The notes beneath the pieces were generated by a model, which was given only the letters and a program-made list of their open reading frames with translations, did not search any database and had not been told where the DNA came from. A program made the translations under genes and the position numbers. Positions 18,080-26,877 of a DNA stretch of 64,000 nucleotides are shown here, in pieces; positions within the stretch are counted from its first letter, which is position 1; every line of letters begins with the position of its first letter. The stretch is from Syntrophorhabdaceae bacterium. GTDB lineage: Bacteria; Desulfobacterota; Syntrophorhabdia; Syntrophorhabdales; Syntrophorhabdaceae. The stretch lies in NCBI GenBank assembly GCA_963665295.1, contig OY762209.1:1472001-1536000 (forward strand), in the 5' to 3' direction.

Positions 18080-18142
18080 CCAACCGGTTGGGTTAATCCG
18101 ACCGGTTGGATTACTGTAGCACCATGAATATCATCGTGTCAA
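18080..18142 (-). promoter_or_regulatory. Promoter of the mutase operon with two tandem palindromic operators
   Basis: Minus strand TTGACA-18-TACAGT (extended TG); palindromes CCAACCGGTTGG (18080-18091) and TAATCCGACCGGTTGGATTA (18094-18113). Confidence 0.7.
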
Positions 18143-18336
18143 GGAAAAAGAACGTAGAAGATTGTCCCCATAATCCAAGGTATAGGCCGGAAAAGGACGA
18201 ACTCCCGATACCGTGGCTTCCTGCTCCGCAGGGAGGAACACCCTTGTCCCCGGAGTTTGTTTTCGAGGGGGCATTTTGCTCTGAAAAGGTCTGACGGAGC
18301 TGGAAAGGCGGGCAGGGAAACGTTGCTTCATAGAAC

Positions 18337-18378
18337 TGTCATATGTGGCAGCAATGGAACATTCTGTCGTATGTATCA
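18337..18378 (+). promoter_or_regulatory. Candidate enhancer (UAS) boxes for a sigma54 activator
   Basis: TGTCA-TATG-TGGCA (18337-18350) and TGTCG-TATG-TATCA (18365-18378), about 75-115 bp upstream of the -24 box. Confidence 0.55.
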
Positions 18379-18421
18379 GCCTATAGCTGACGGATATTAC
18401 AGTTAGTGCTCTGGCTGTTAT

Positions 18422-18435
18422 GCAACACCTTGATA
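18422..18435 (-). promoter_or_regulatory. IHF binding site
   Basis: Minus strand TATCAAGGTGTTG matches WATCAANNNNTTR and lies between the UAS and the -24/-12 promoter. Confidence 0.6.
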
Positions 18436-18453
18436 TTAAAGAATGACCATGGC

Positions 18454-18469
18454 TGGCACGTTCCTTGCT
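18454..18469 (+). promoter_or_regulatory. Sigma54 (-24/-12) promoter
   Basis: TGGCACGTTCCTTGCT matches TGGCAC-N5-TTGCW. Confidence 0.85.
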
Positions 18470-18611
18470 TCACTAATTGACGAAACAAGAGATTTGGCCG
18501 GCAAGGTGTCAATGCCGACAGAAGTACGGTCTTAAAGAGTGTGCTGGGCAAGAAGTCCTGTAGAGTGTCTCCGGCGTGCTCTAAAAGAAGACTGCGCCGA
18601 GGGAGGGCAAC

Positions 18612-18914
18612 ATGGGAAGAATGTGGGGGTTGGAAAGCGGAGGTGTTGTAGGCGGCAAGGCCATGGAGGATATGCTCATAGAGGTATTCGGCTGCGTTTC
18701 CCTGAACAGCAGGGTAATAAGGCTCGAGCCGGGCAGGGACAAGCTATGGTTCAGAACCGACGCCGCGGTCAGTGAACACGTTATGGAGGATATGCTCATA
18801 GAGGTATTCGGCTGCGTTTCGCTGAACAACAGGGTAATAAGGCTCGAATCAGGCAGGGACAAGCTGCGGCGCCCGAGCGGACTCAGGGCGGACGCGGTAG
18901 CCTGTACCGCATGA
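18612..18914 (+). CDS. 100-aa hypothetical protein with a duplicated 28-aa motif
   Basis: GGGAGG SD; MEDMLIEVFGCVSLN(S/N)RVIRLE(P/S)GRDKL occurs twice; differences between copies are mostly at third codon positions. Confidence 0.6.
   Translation: MGRMWGLESGGVVGGKAMEDMLIEVFGCVSLNSRVIRLEPGRDKLWFRTDAAVSEHVMEDMLIEVFGCVSLNNRVIRLESGRDKLRRPSGLRADAVACTA
18663..18865 (+). repeat. Direct repeat, 2 x 83 bp with 120-bp period
   Basis: 18663-18745 vs 18783-18865, 5 mismatches. Confidence 0.95.
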
Positions 18915-19421
18915 GACGGTTTGGGTGAAGCAAAGAGATAATAGAGTTATCCGGTGCCTTCCCGGCGCCCGCCAAATGTTGCTTCGTGTAAAAGGTTTCA
19001 TTTGGGCCGGAAAGGACATCTTAAAGTAAGCGCGGGCGGGAACTTGCCCGGGTTGCTTCCCGCGCAGTTATTGAAGAACCCCTCCCCAGGGGAAAGTATC
19101 GAAGCAGGCCCGGAGATTGCGTGACCTCCTTAAGGCTGCACACGCATCCCCGGGCCGAACTTTATTCTGCAGGAAATCCCTTTCAGGAAGAGCGCGAATT
19201 CACGTCACCGGCCGCAGGCCACCGAGTCCGTTCGCGCACCATTCGCTGTGCCGGCAGGGGGCGCGACCCGTGGCACGGAGGGGTATATATCCTTAAGAAA
19301 AACAGGTACTCACGAATTGATCTGCAATATTTGACAGAACTAGTTGTATAGGCCGGCAAAATTCGGTAGACTGTCTGTAAACTGACAAGTATGACAGCGT
19401 ACGGTTGCAGAAGAGGGGCCC

Positions 19422-20978
19422 GTGAAGGTAGATGAGAACCGGTTTTTCAGAGAGATCACCCTGCGCATATGCGGGAGCCTCGAAATCGAAAAAGCCCTCT
19501 GGCATTGTTTTCTCTACACCCGCGACATTATCCCCGCCGACGAGTTGATCCTCACCGTCTACGACCCTGATGCGGGAACTCTCGACGTGGTGGCAACCGC
19601 GGGCGACCAGGGCGGCAACGCAAAGACCGACAAGATTTCCATGCCCCCCGCGCTTCAGCGGCAGTTGGCGGACCCCGTGAAGTTTCCCCGTGTAAGAGCT
19701 TCCGGCGACGTGTATGAGGACGAGATACTGGGCCCTGTCGCAAAGAAGTACGACTGGCCCGATTCCTCCATCATCGTGGGACGACTCATAATTGAAGACA
19801 AGTTTGTGGGGTCCCTCATTGTTCGCGCCGGCGGGAAGAACCGGTACACCAGGGAGGAGGCCCGGCTATGGTCCCTCATCAACGAACCGGCCGCGGTGGC
19901 CCTTGCAAACAGCAGGCGCTACCTGGAACTGATAAAGCTGAAGGAAATGCTCGCCGACGACAGCAAGTACTTCCAGAATGAACTGCGCCGGGGTTTCAGC
20001 GAGGAGATCGTAGGCGCCGAATTTGGACTGAAGGGCGTGATGGAACAGGTTCTGAAGGTCGCCCCCCAGCCTTCCCCGGTGGTGCTTTACGGGGAGACGG
20101 GGACCGGCAAGGAGCTTGTGGCCAACGCGATCCATAATTTTTCCCCCCGCCACAACGGCCCGCTCATCAAGGTGAACTGCGGGGCCATACCTGATTCCCT
20201 CATCGACAGTGAGCTTTTCGGCCATGAAAAGGGCGCTTTTACCGGCGCTGTCTCCCAGCAGAGGGGCAGGTTCGAGCGTGCTCACGGGGGCACGATCTTC
20301 CTGGACGAGGTGAGCGAGCTTCCTTCCAACGCGCAGGTGCGGCTCCTCAGGGTGCTCCAGGAAAAGGAAATAGAGCGCGTGGGCGGCACCCAGTCCGTAA
20401 AGGTCGATATCCGCATTGTTTCCGCCACCAACAAGGATCTCCGGAAGCTGGTCGCACAGAACCTGTTCAGGGACGACCTTTACTACCGCCTGTCCGTTTT
20501 TCCCATCCATATCCCTCCCCTCAGGGAGCGCAAGATGGACATCCCCGCCCTTGCCGAGTATTTCATGCGAAAGAAGGCAAAGGAGATAGGACTTCATTTC
20601 ATGCCCGGCTTTGCTCCGGGGACCGTGGAAAGACTGGTGGAATACGACTGGCCGGGCAACGTGAGGGAACTGAGCAACGCGGTGGAGCGGGCCATCATCA
20701 CCCATGAAGGCAAGCCCCTCACTTTTGAAGACATAGTGGGTGTTCAGCCGGACCAGGAAGAACACAGGGGGTATACGCCGGAAGAAGGGAACCTGACCCT
20801 CAACGGCATGGAGGCCATCCACATCCGGCGGGCCATGGAAATGGCGGGTGGAAAGGTCGAGGGGGGCAACGGCGCCGCTGCCATTCTCGGGATGAACCCC
20901 GGCACCTTGCGCCACAGGATGAGAAAACTCGGCATCCCCTTCGGCAAGACCGCGAAAACAGGATACGGGAAGCTGTAA
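19422..20978 (+). CDS. Sigma54-dependent enhancer-binding transcriptional activator (GAF-like + AAA+ + Fis HTH)
   Basis: GETGTGKE, SELFGHEKGAFTGA, FLDEV, WPGNVREL, C-terminal AAAILGMNPGTLRHRMRKLGI. Confidence 0.95.
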   Translation: MKVDENRFFREITLRICGSLEIEKALWHCFLYTRDIIPADELILTVYDPDAGTLDVVATAGDQGGNAKTDKISMPPALQRQLADPVKFPRVRASGDVYEDEILGPVAKKYDWPDSSIIVGRLIIEDKFVGSLIVRAGGKNRYTREEARLWSLINEPAAVALANSRRYLELIKLKEMLADDSKYFQNELRRGFSEEIVGAEFGLKGVMEQVLKVAPQPSPVVLYGETGTGKELVANAIHNFSPRHNGPLIKVNCGAIPDSLIDSELFGHEKGAFTGAVSQQRGRFERAHGGTIFLDEVSELPSNAQVRLLRVLQEKEIERVGGTQSVKVDIRIVSATNKDLRKLVAQNLFRDDLYYRLSVFPIHIPPLRERKMDIPALAEYFMRKKAKEIGLHFMPGFAPGTVERLVEYDWPGNVRELSNAVERAIITHEGKPLTFEDIVGVQPDQEEHRGYTPEEGNLTLNGMEAIHIRRAMEMAGGKVEGGNGAAAILGMNPGTLRHRMRKLGIPFGKTAKTGYGKL

Positions 20979-21046
20979 CAGGACTTTGTCGCGGGCCGGG
21001 TCCTTCCGGGGCGCCCGTGACGGGCTCTCACACGCGGGGGTTTGGA

Positions 21047-23239
21047 ATGAACGGAAAAGACAGAACAAAAGAGGAACTCCTTGAAGAGATAGCCCGAATG
21101 GGCCGACGCATCGAGGACCTGGAGAGATCGGAAACGGAGCAGCGGTACCGGCGCATTGTCGATACGGCGGAGGAGGGCATCTGGGTTCTCGACATGGAGT
21201 ACCTGACCCTGTTCGTCAACAGCCGGATGGCGGGAATGCTCGGCTACGAGCCTGAGGAGATGGTCGGGAAAAAGCACGAATTCTTCCTTTTCGAGGAGGA
21301 CTCCCAGGACATCAAAGAGAAGGTTTTGACCCGGAGCCGGGGTGTATCCGGACGATATGAGCGGAGGCTCCGCAGGAAAGACGGCAGCACCTTGTGGGCC
21401 CTCGTGTCGGCAACGCCCATCCTGGGCAAAGACGGACTGTTCCAGGGCTCCTTTGCCATGTTTACCGACATTACCGAGCGGAAAGAGACGGAAAAAGCCC
21501 TTGTCGAGAGCGAGGAGAAGTTCAGGAGCATCTTCGAGAACGCGGTGGAGGGCATCTTCCAGAGCACGCCCGGGGGACGGCTGATGGCGGTCAATCCTGC
21601 CATGGCCAGGATGTACCGGTATGCTTCTCCCGAGGACATGATCTCGGAGGTTACCCATATCGGGCATCAGATCTATGCCGACTTCGACGACCGGCGCAGG
21701 TTCAAGAGGCTCCTTGAAACCCACGGGACAGTGGAGGGATTCGAGGCGCAGTTCCTGAGGAAGGACGGCACCATGCTGTGGGGCTCCCTCAATGTCCGGG
21801 CAGTGAAGAACACACAGGGAAAAGTAGCCTACTATGAAGGCACCATGGAGGATATTACCGCCCGCAAGAGGGCGGAAGAGGCGCTCAGGGAGAGCGAATC
21901 GAAATACAGGACCCTCTTCAACACCGCCACGGACGCCATATACCTTCATGAGATTACCGATGAAGGCGTGCCGGGACGGTTCGTGGAAGTCAATGATGTG
22001 ATGTGTTCCCGCCTCGGCTATTCGAGGGACGAGATGCTGTCCATGACGCCCACCCGCATAAACGCGAAGGAAATGGCCGCCGAGATTCCGCTGATAATGA
22101 AAGACCTCCTCAAAAAGGGCTCGGCCCGTTTCGAAATGACCCACGTGAAGAGGTCCGGGACGAAATTTCCCGTGGAGATCAGTTCCCGCCTCCTCGCCGT
22201 CAAGGACCAGTCCATGATCCTTTCCATTGCCCGGGATATTTCCGAGCGCAAGAGGGCGGAAGAAGAGCTGCGAAGATCGGAGGAGAAGTACCGCAACATC
22301 TTCGAGAACGCGGTGGAAGGCATATATCAGGTGACCCCGGACGGAAGATACCTCAGCGTGAACCCCGCTCTCGCACGGATCCACGGGTTCAGCTCCCCGG
22401 AGGAGATGGTCGCCTCCGTGACCGATATCGCCCACCAGCTCTACGTCGATCCAAGCCGCAGGGCGCGGCTCAAATGTCTCGTGGAACAGGACGGGTTCGT
22501 GAAGAGCTTCGAGATCATGATGAGGAGGAAGGACGGGAGTCTCCACTGGGTCGCCAATACGGCCCACGCGGTCCGCGACGCAGGCGGAACCATCGTCTAT
22601 TACGAAGGCACGGTGGAGGACATCACGAGCCGCAAGTTTGCGGAGGAAGAACTCCGGCAGCTCAAGACCACCCTGGAGGCGACCCTTCTCGCCATGTCGT
22701 CCACGGTGGACGCGAGAGATCCCGGCACGGCGGGTCATCAGAAAAGGGTCTCGAACCTTGCGAAGACCATAGCCCGGGAGATGGGCTTTTCCGATGACAT
22801 GACGGAAAACATCAGGACCGCGGGCATTATCCACGATATCGGCAAGGTGGCGGTCCCCGGCGAAATCCTGAACAAACCCGTCCCACTCACGGATGCGGAA
22901 TACGGGCTTGTCAAAAGTCACTCAAAAGCAGGGTTCGACATCGTGAAAGACGCTGAACTGCCCTATCCCATCGCCGAAATGGTGCTCCAGCACCATGAGA
23001 GGCTGAACGGCTCGGGTTACCCCCAGGGACTCCGGGGGAACGAGATACTTCTCGAAGCCCGGATACTCGCGGTGGCTGACGTGGTGGAAGCGATCGCCTC
23101 GGGCCGCCCTTACCGGCCACGGAAAGGGATAGAAGGGGCACTCCAGGAAATAAGGAAGAACCAGGGGATTCTTTACGACGCCGACGTGGTGGACGTCTGC
23201 CTCCGGCTCTTCAAGGAAAAGGGATTTCACCTCGGATAG
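21047..23239 (+). CDS. Four-PAS-domain HD-GYP cyclic-dinucleotide phosphodiesterase
   Basis: Four PAS/PAC units ending D(I)T/SxRK; HDIGK, HHERLNGSGYP, RPYR. Confidence 0.92.
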   Translation: MNGKDRTKEELLEEIARMGRRIEDLERSETEQRYRRIVDTAEEGIWVLDMEYLTLFVNSRMAGMLGYEPEEMVGKKHEFFLFEEDSQDIKEKVLTRSRGVSGRYERRLRRKDGSTLWALVSATPILGKDGLFQGSFAMFTDITERKETEKALVESEEKFRSIFENAVEGIFQSTPGGRLMAVNPAMARMYRYASPEDMISEVTHIGHQIYADFDDRRRFKRLLETHGTVEGFEAQFLRKDGTMLWGSLNVRAVKNTQGKVAYYEGTMEDITARKRAEEALRESESKYRTLFNTATDAIYLHEITDEGVPGRFVEVNDVMCSRLGYSRDEMLSMTPTRINAKEMAAEIPLIMKDLLKKGSARFEMTHVKRSGTKFPVEISSRLLAVKDQSMILSIARDISERKRAEEELRRSEEKYRNIFENAVEGIYQVTPDGRYLSVNPALARIHGFSSPEEMVASVTDIAHQLYVDPSRRARLKCLVEQDGFVKSFEIMMRRKDGSLHWVANTAHAVRDAGGTIVYYEGTVEDITSRKFAEEELRQLKTTLEATLLAMSSTVDARDPGTAGHQKRVSNLAKTIAREMGFSDDMTENIRTAGIIHDIGKVAVPGEILNKPVPLTDAEYGLVKSHSKAGFDIVKDAELPYPIAEMVLQHHERLNGSGYPQGLRGNEILLEARILAVADVVEAIASGRPYRPRKGIEGALQEIRKNQGILYDADVVDVCLRLFKEKGFHLG

Positions 23240-23265
23240 GAAAGGCCCGTCCGACGGCCCGAGCT

Positions 23266-24465
23266 CTAATGCGGGGGCGTTTCCCGCAGGCGCGGAAGGC
23301 GGAATGTGAAGGTGGTGCCCGACTCCGGCTCTGAGTTGAAGGTTACCTCTCCTTTCAGATATTGCTCCCCGAAGAGTTTCATCGAATAGGTCCCCAGCCC
23401 TCTTCCCGTCTTCGCCTTGGTGCTGTAATGCCTTTGGAATATCCTGTCCCGGACATGGGAGGGGATATGTCCCGCGTTCCATGTTTCCCAGACCACGTGA
23501 TCGGGGCCGACGGTTGCTCTCAGGGATATGGTTCCCCCGGCGGGGGTGGCTTCAAGGGCGTTGAGAAGCATATTGAACAGCACCCTCGCGACCAGCATGG
23601 AATCGGTGTATATCAACACGTCTTCATGGGGCCAATCAGAGACTATGGTCTTATCCCTTGATGCGGGGTGCCCCGACAGGGCGCCGTCCACTTCTCTTTG
23701 GATATCACGGAGAGAGACATCTTTTCGTGTCGTGAGACGGAGGGCGTCTTTCCGATAGGAAAGCTCCCTTTGTATGGCGACTTCATTGCACAGCCTCGCA
23801 ACGGCGAAACGCAATTGTTGCACCTCCTCACGATCGGGCATTTTCATGTGAAGCAGCTCGGTGTTGCCCAGTATGGCGGCGAGTATATTGTTGACGTCGT
23901 GGAAGAATACGTGCTCCAGGCCTGCCCAGAACTGCTGCTGCGTAATATCCCGGGCAAATATCATTATCAACCGCTCGCCGTCGACAACCAGAGGTTGGGC
24001 CCGCACCTTGAGGCTGGTATTAAGAACAGCCCCTCCCTTCTTGACGGTAAGGGCGCACACCTGCTCTTCCGCCCTGTCTTCGGTCAAGGCGGCCATCATG
24101 GCTATTACTGCGCCGCACGTACGGCAATGAGGTGTAGTGCCGCACCCGTTGGGCGGTTCGTCGGCGTGGATGCAGCGGAGACTTTCCCCCAGTCTGAGAC
24201 CAAGCGTTTCCATGGAATCCCGCACCCCCAGCTCATGGAGGAACGCGTCGTTGAGAGCCACTATCTGCCTGTCTTCGTTCAGCACCACCAGCAGACCGCC
24301 GATCGATTTCAAGAGGGTGCTCATCAGGGGGCTGTGGCCGATGGTTTCAATCTGGTTCCTGAACCTTTCCATGTCGGTCCTCGCCGCGGGAGCGAAGAAG
24401 GTATCGGGGCTTTGAGGATTGGGTCCGGAGGTGCGCGGCCCTCTGCTATCGACGGTTGTCTTCAT
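23266..24465 (-). CDS. Cytoplasmic sensor histidine kinase with a Cys-rich PAS-like input domain
   Basis: H-box FFHDVNN, N-box NMLLNALEA, G-box GRGLGTY; CIHA..PNGCGTTPHCRTCG motif. Confidence 0.88.
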   Translation of the reverse strand: MKTTVDSRGPRTSGPNPQSPDTFFAPAARTDMERFRNQIETIGHSPLMSTLLKSIGGLLVVLNEDRQIVALNDAFLHELGVRDSMETLGLRLGESLRCIHADEPPNGCGTTPHCRTCGAVIAMMAALTEDRAEEQVCALTVKKGGAVLNTSLKVRAQPLVVDGERLIMIFARDITQQQFWAGLEHVFFHDVNNILAAILGNTELLHMKMPDREEVQQLRFAVARLCNEVAIQRELSYRKDALRLTTRKDVSLRDIQREVDGALSGHPASRDKTIVSDWPHEDVLIYTDSMLVARVLFNMLLNALEATPAGGTISLRATVGPDHVVWETWNAGHIPSHVRDRIFQRHYSTKAKTGRGLGTYSMKLFGEQYLKGEVTFNSEPESGTTFTFRLPRLRETPPH

Positions 24466-24689
24466 GTGCGTACCCCCCCCGGGAAATAGACGGGTAATCC
24501 GACCGGGGCGGGACTTGCGCCCATGGTCATCTCCCGAACATGGTTATCGCCGATTCCTGTTCAGGCTTAAGGGACGGCGACCCGGGAAGGCGATGCGGGA
24601 ATGGGGCCGTCCGCGGATCATGGCTTGCGCGGGAGACCGCTTTTCTGTTATCCTGTACCCATCAAACGCGGAGACAGGTAAAAAAGAAG

Positions 24690-25718
24690 ATGCAGAGTTT
24701 CTATGACTTTACGCTGCCCGACCTTGAAAAGGTGATCGGCGCCCTGGGTAATGAGAAGTTCAGGGCCAGGCAACTTTACAAGTGGGTCTACAACAAGGGC
24801 GTCCTCGACTTTCCGGAGATGACCAATATCTCCAAGAGCCTGAGGGCGGTCTTCGGGACCATGTTTTCCACTGCCCTTCCCGCGGTAAAGGACGCCGTCG
24901 TATCGGACGACGGGTCGATAAAATTCGGGCTCTCCATGGAGGACGGCAACGTGGTGGAGAGTGTGTTCATGCCCGACGGGGAACGGAACACCCTGTGCGT
25001 GTCGAGCCAGATAGGGTGCAGGATGGGTTGCAGGTTCTGCGTCACGGGGAAGATAGGGTTCAAACGGAACCTCACGGTTTCCGAAATCGTGGGCCAGATC
25101 ATGGCGGTGCGGCGATACCTTCCCGAGAAGCGCATCTCGAACGTGGTCTTCATGGGCATGGGCGAGCCTATCGACAACCTCGACAACGTGCTCGCGGCCC
25201 TTGACATAATGAAGAACTCCCTGGGACTCGATTTTTCTCACCGGAAGGTAACCCTTTCGTCCGTGGGTCTCATCGACGGGCTCAATATGATACACTCCAA
25301 GGTGGCGAGCCTCGCCATATCGCTCAACGCCGCGGATGACAAGAAAAGAACATACCTCATGCCCATAAACAGGCTTTACCCTATACGGGATATCGTCAAC
25401 TTCGTCAAAGGGTTCAAGGCGAGCCGCAGGGTGAGGATCACCTTCGAGTACGTGCTCCTCAAGGGCGTCAACGATTCCATGGAGGATGCGAAGCAGCTCG
25501 CGGAACTGCTTGCAGGCGTAAAATGCAAGATAAACCTGATCCCCTGCAACGAGTCCCCCTATACTGAATTCAAGTCCCCTTCTCCCGAAACGGTGGAACG
25601 GTTCCAGGCGTACCTTCACGACAAGCGCTTTATCACCATCATAAGGGATTCGCGGGGAAAGGACGTCTCGGGCGCGTGCGGTCAACTGGGCATGAAATAC
25701 CTTGAGGGGTCACAATGA
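24690..25718 (+). CDS. rlmN: 23S rRNA (adenine(2503)-C2)-methyltransferase RlmN
   Basis: FRARQLYKW, CVSSQIGCRMGCRFC, VFMGMGEP, FEYVLLKGVND, GACGQL; start at ATG 24690. Confidence 0.96.
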   Translation: MQSFYDFTLPDLEKVIGALGNEKFRARQLYKWVYNKGVLDFPEMTNISKSLRAVFGTMFSTALPAVKDAVVSDDGSIKFGLSMEDGNVVESVFMPDGERNTLCVSSQIGCRMGCRFCVTGKIGFKRNLTVSEIVGQIMAVRRYLPEKRISNVVFMGMGEPIDNLDNVLAALDIMKNSLGLDFSHRKVTLSSVGLIDGLNMIHSKVASLAISLNAADDKKRTYLMPINRLYPIRDIVNFVKGFKASRRVRITFEYVLLKGVNDSMEDAKQLAELLAGVKCKINLIPCNESPYTEFKSPSPETVERFQAYLHDKRFITIIRDSRGKDVSGACGQLGMKYLEGSQ

Positions 25719-25719
25719 T

Positions 25720-26223
25720 ATGAAAGGCAGACTGCCGGTATACAGGGATTCTTTCTTTTGCGGAACGGAACGGCCCGACGGGCTTCAGCTCACCATGACT
25801 TACGAGGACCACCTCGTGCTGTGCGACCTCTTCGTGGACAACAGGTTCGAAGGGTACACGAACGTGGCCCACGGCGGCCTCATCTTCGGGATTCTCGATG
25901 TGATGATCTGGTACGTAATCTTTATGGAGACGAAGAAGATATGCATGACCCGGAAGACGGTGTCGGAGTTCCTGAAACCCGTCATGTGCAATAGCCATTA
26001 CAGGGCCAAGGCGCAGTTCCTCTGCATTGACGACAGGGACGTGCTTTCCGCCGCGTGGGTCGAAGACGAAAACGGGGCGGTCTGCACTAAAGTGGACGCC
26101 GTCTTCAGGGAGGCGAAAGACCTGCCTGTCGAGTCCTTTATCAACCGGTTCGACTTCAGCATTACCACGCCGGAGATCAAGGCCTTTTTCCTCTCCCTCC
26201 TTGAAGGCGAGCAGCGATCATAG
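25720..26223 (+). CDS. PaaI family (hotdog-fold) thioesterase
   Basis: FEGYTNVAHGGLIFGILD, FLKPV. Confidence 0.85.
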   Translation: MKGRLPVYRDSFFCGTERPDGLQLTMTYEDHLVLCDLFVDNRFEGYTNVAHGGLIFGILDVMIWYVIFMETKKICMTRKTVSEFLKPVMCNSHYRAKAQFLCIDDRDVLSAAWVEDENGAVCTKVDAVFREAKDLPVESFINRFDFSITTPEIKAFFLSLLEGEQRS

Positions 26224-26233
26224 ACCTGTTGAA

Positions 26234-26830
26234 GCAGCGATAGAAAACGGTTGGCGGGAGAGCTTAAGTTGGTTGGAGCGGGCGATAGTTGGTAAAGTGG
26301 CCGGCCGCATGAACGAAAACTCGATATGCACCGCTCTGCAAAGGGGCGTGGGCTCTGCCGTACCTGAGTACGGCGACGCCCATCACCCCTTCACAGCCCG
26401 GCACATCTCGAGCTTCCGCCCATGCCGCCGTCCGTTCCACCGGCATCAATTGAATTTTGAAAACCAGGGATGCCGGAAAATTGGGCCCCGTGATTCACGA
26501 TTACACCGCACCTTCCGGTTTTCCTCATTCCAATCCATGTCAATAGTTGTCTGTATCTTCGTCGTATTGCCGCACGGTTGCTACCCGGTCTTATTTTCCC
26601 GGCATCCTTAATCAATAATTGAATTACGCCGGGTGGAACAGGTGGCGGCACGGGGCGGATGCTTCAGGTTCGCTGGGCTGTGAAGGGGTGATGGGCGTCG
26701 CCGTACTTGCGTACGGCAGAGCCCACGCCCCTTTGCAGAGCGGCGGAGATGGAGCATTCGTTCTGTGCCGCCACCTACATACAGTATCGTCGATCACTCC
26801 CCCACTTTCCGAACCGCCTATCTTCGCTGC
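26234..26830. repeat. Long imperfect inverted repeat made of two opposed copies of a ~250-bp hairpin-containing element (REP/MITE-like)
   Basis: Cores 26331-26399 and 26675-26743 are reverse complements at 66/69 positions; weaker similarity extends outward and inward. Confidence 0.88.
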
Positions 26831-26842
26831 GCGCCCTTGCCA

Positions 26843-26871
26843 TTGACAGACGGGCTCCAACTTGTTACATT
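26843..26871 (+). promoter_or_regulatory. Sigma70 promoter, probably for a leaderless transcript
   Basis: TTGACA-17-TACATT with extended TG; ATG follows 6 nt later. Confidence 0.6.
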
Positions 26872-26877
26872 TGGGCC

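Noticed and set aside
16263..18083. Extended N-termini from the ORF track (mutase from 18083, rlmN from 24540, Wzc from 34722, GT4 from 42451, MTase from 58978)
   Set aside because: The extensions overlap promoters or upstream genes; downstream ATGs fit family N-termini and mostly have SD sequences.
18663..18865. CRISPR array
   Set aside because: Only two 83-bp units, in frame within an ORF, and no cas genes.
18894..18910. Second ops-like sequence GCGGTAGCCTG
   Set aside because: Lacks the leading G, lies at an ORF end inside a small hairpin, and no long operon follows.
26264..26860. Short ORFs sharing GCEGVMGVAVL.YGRAHAPLQSG
   Set aside because: Translations of the inverted DNA repeat; conservation follows hairpin structure, not codons.
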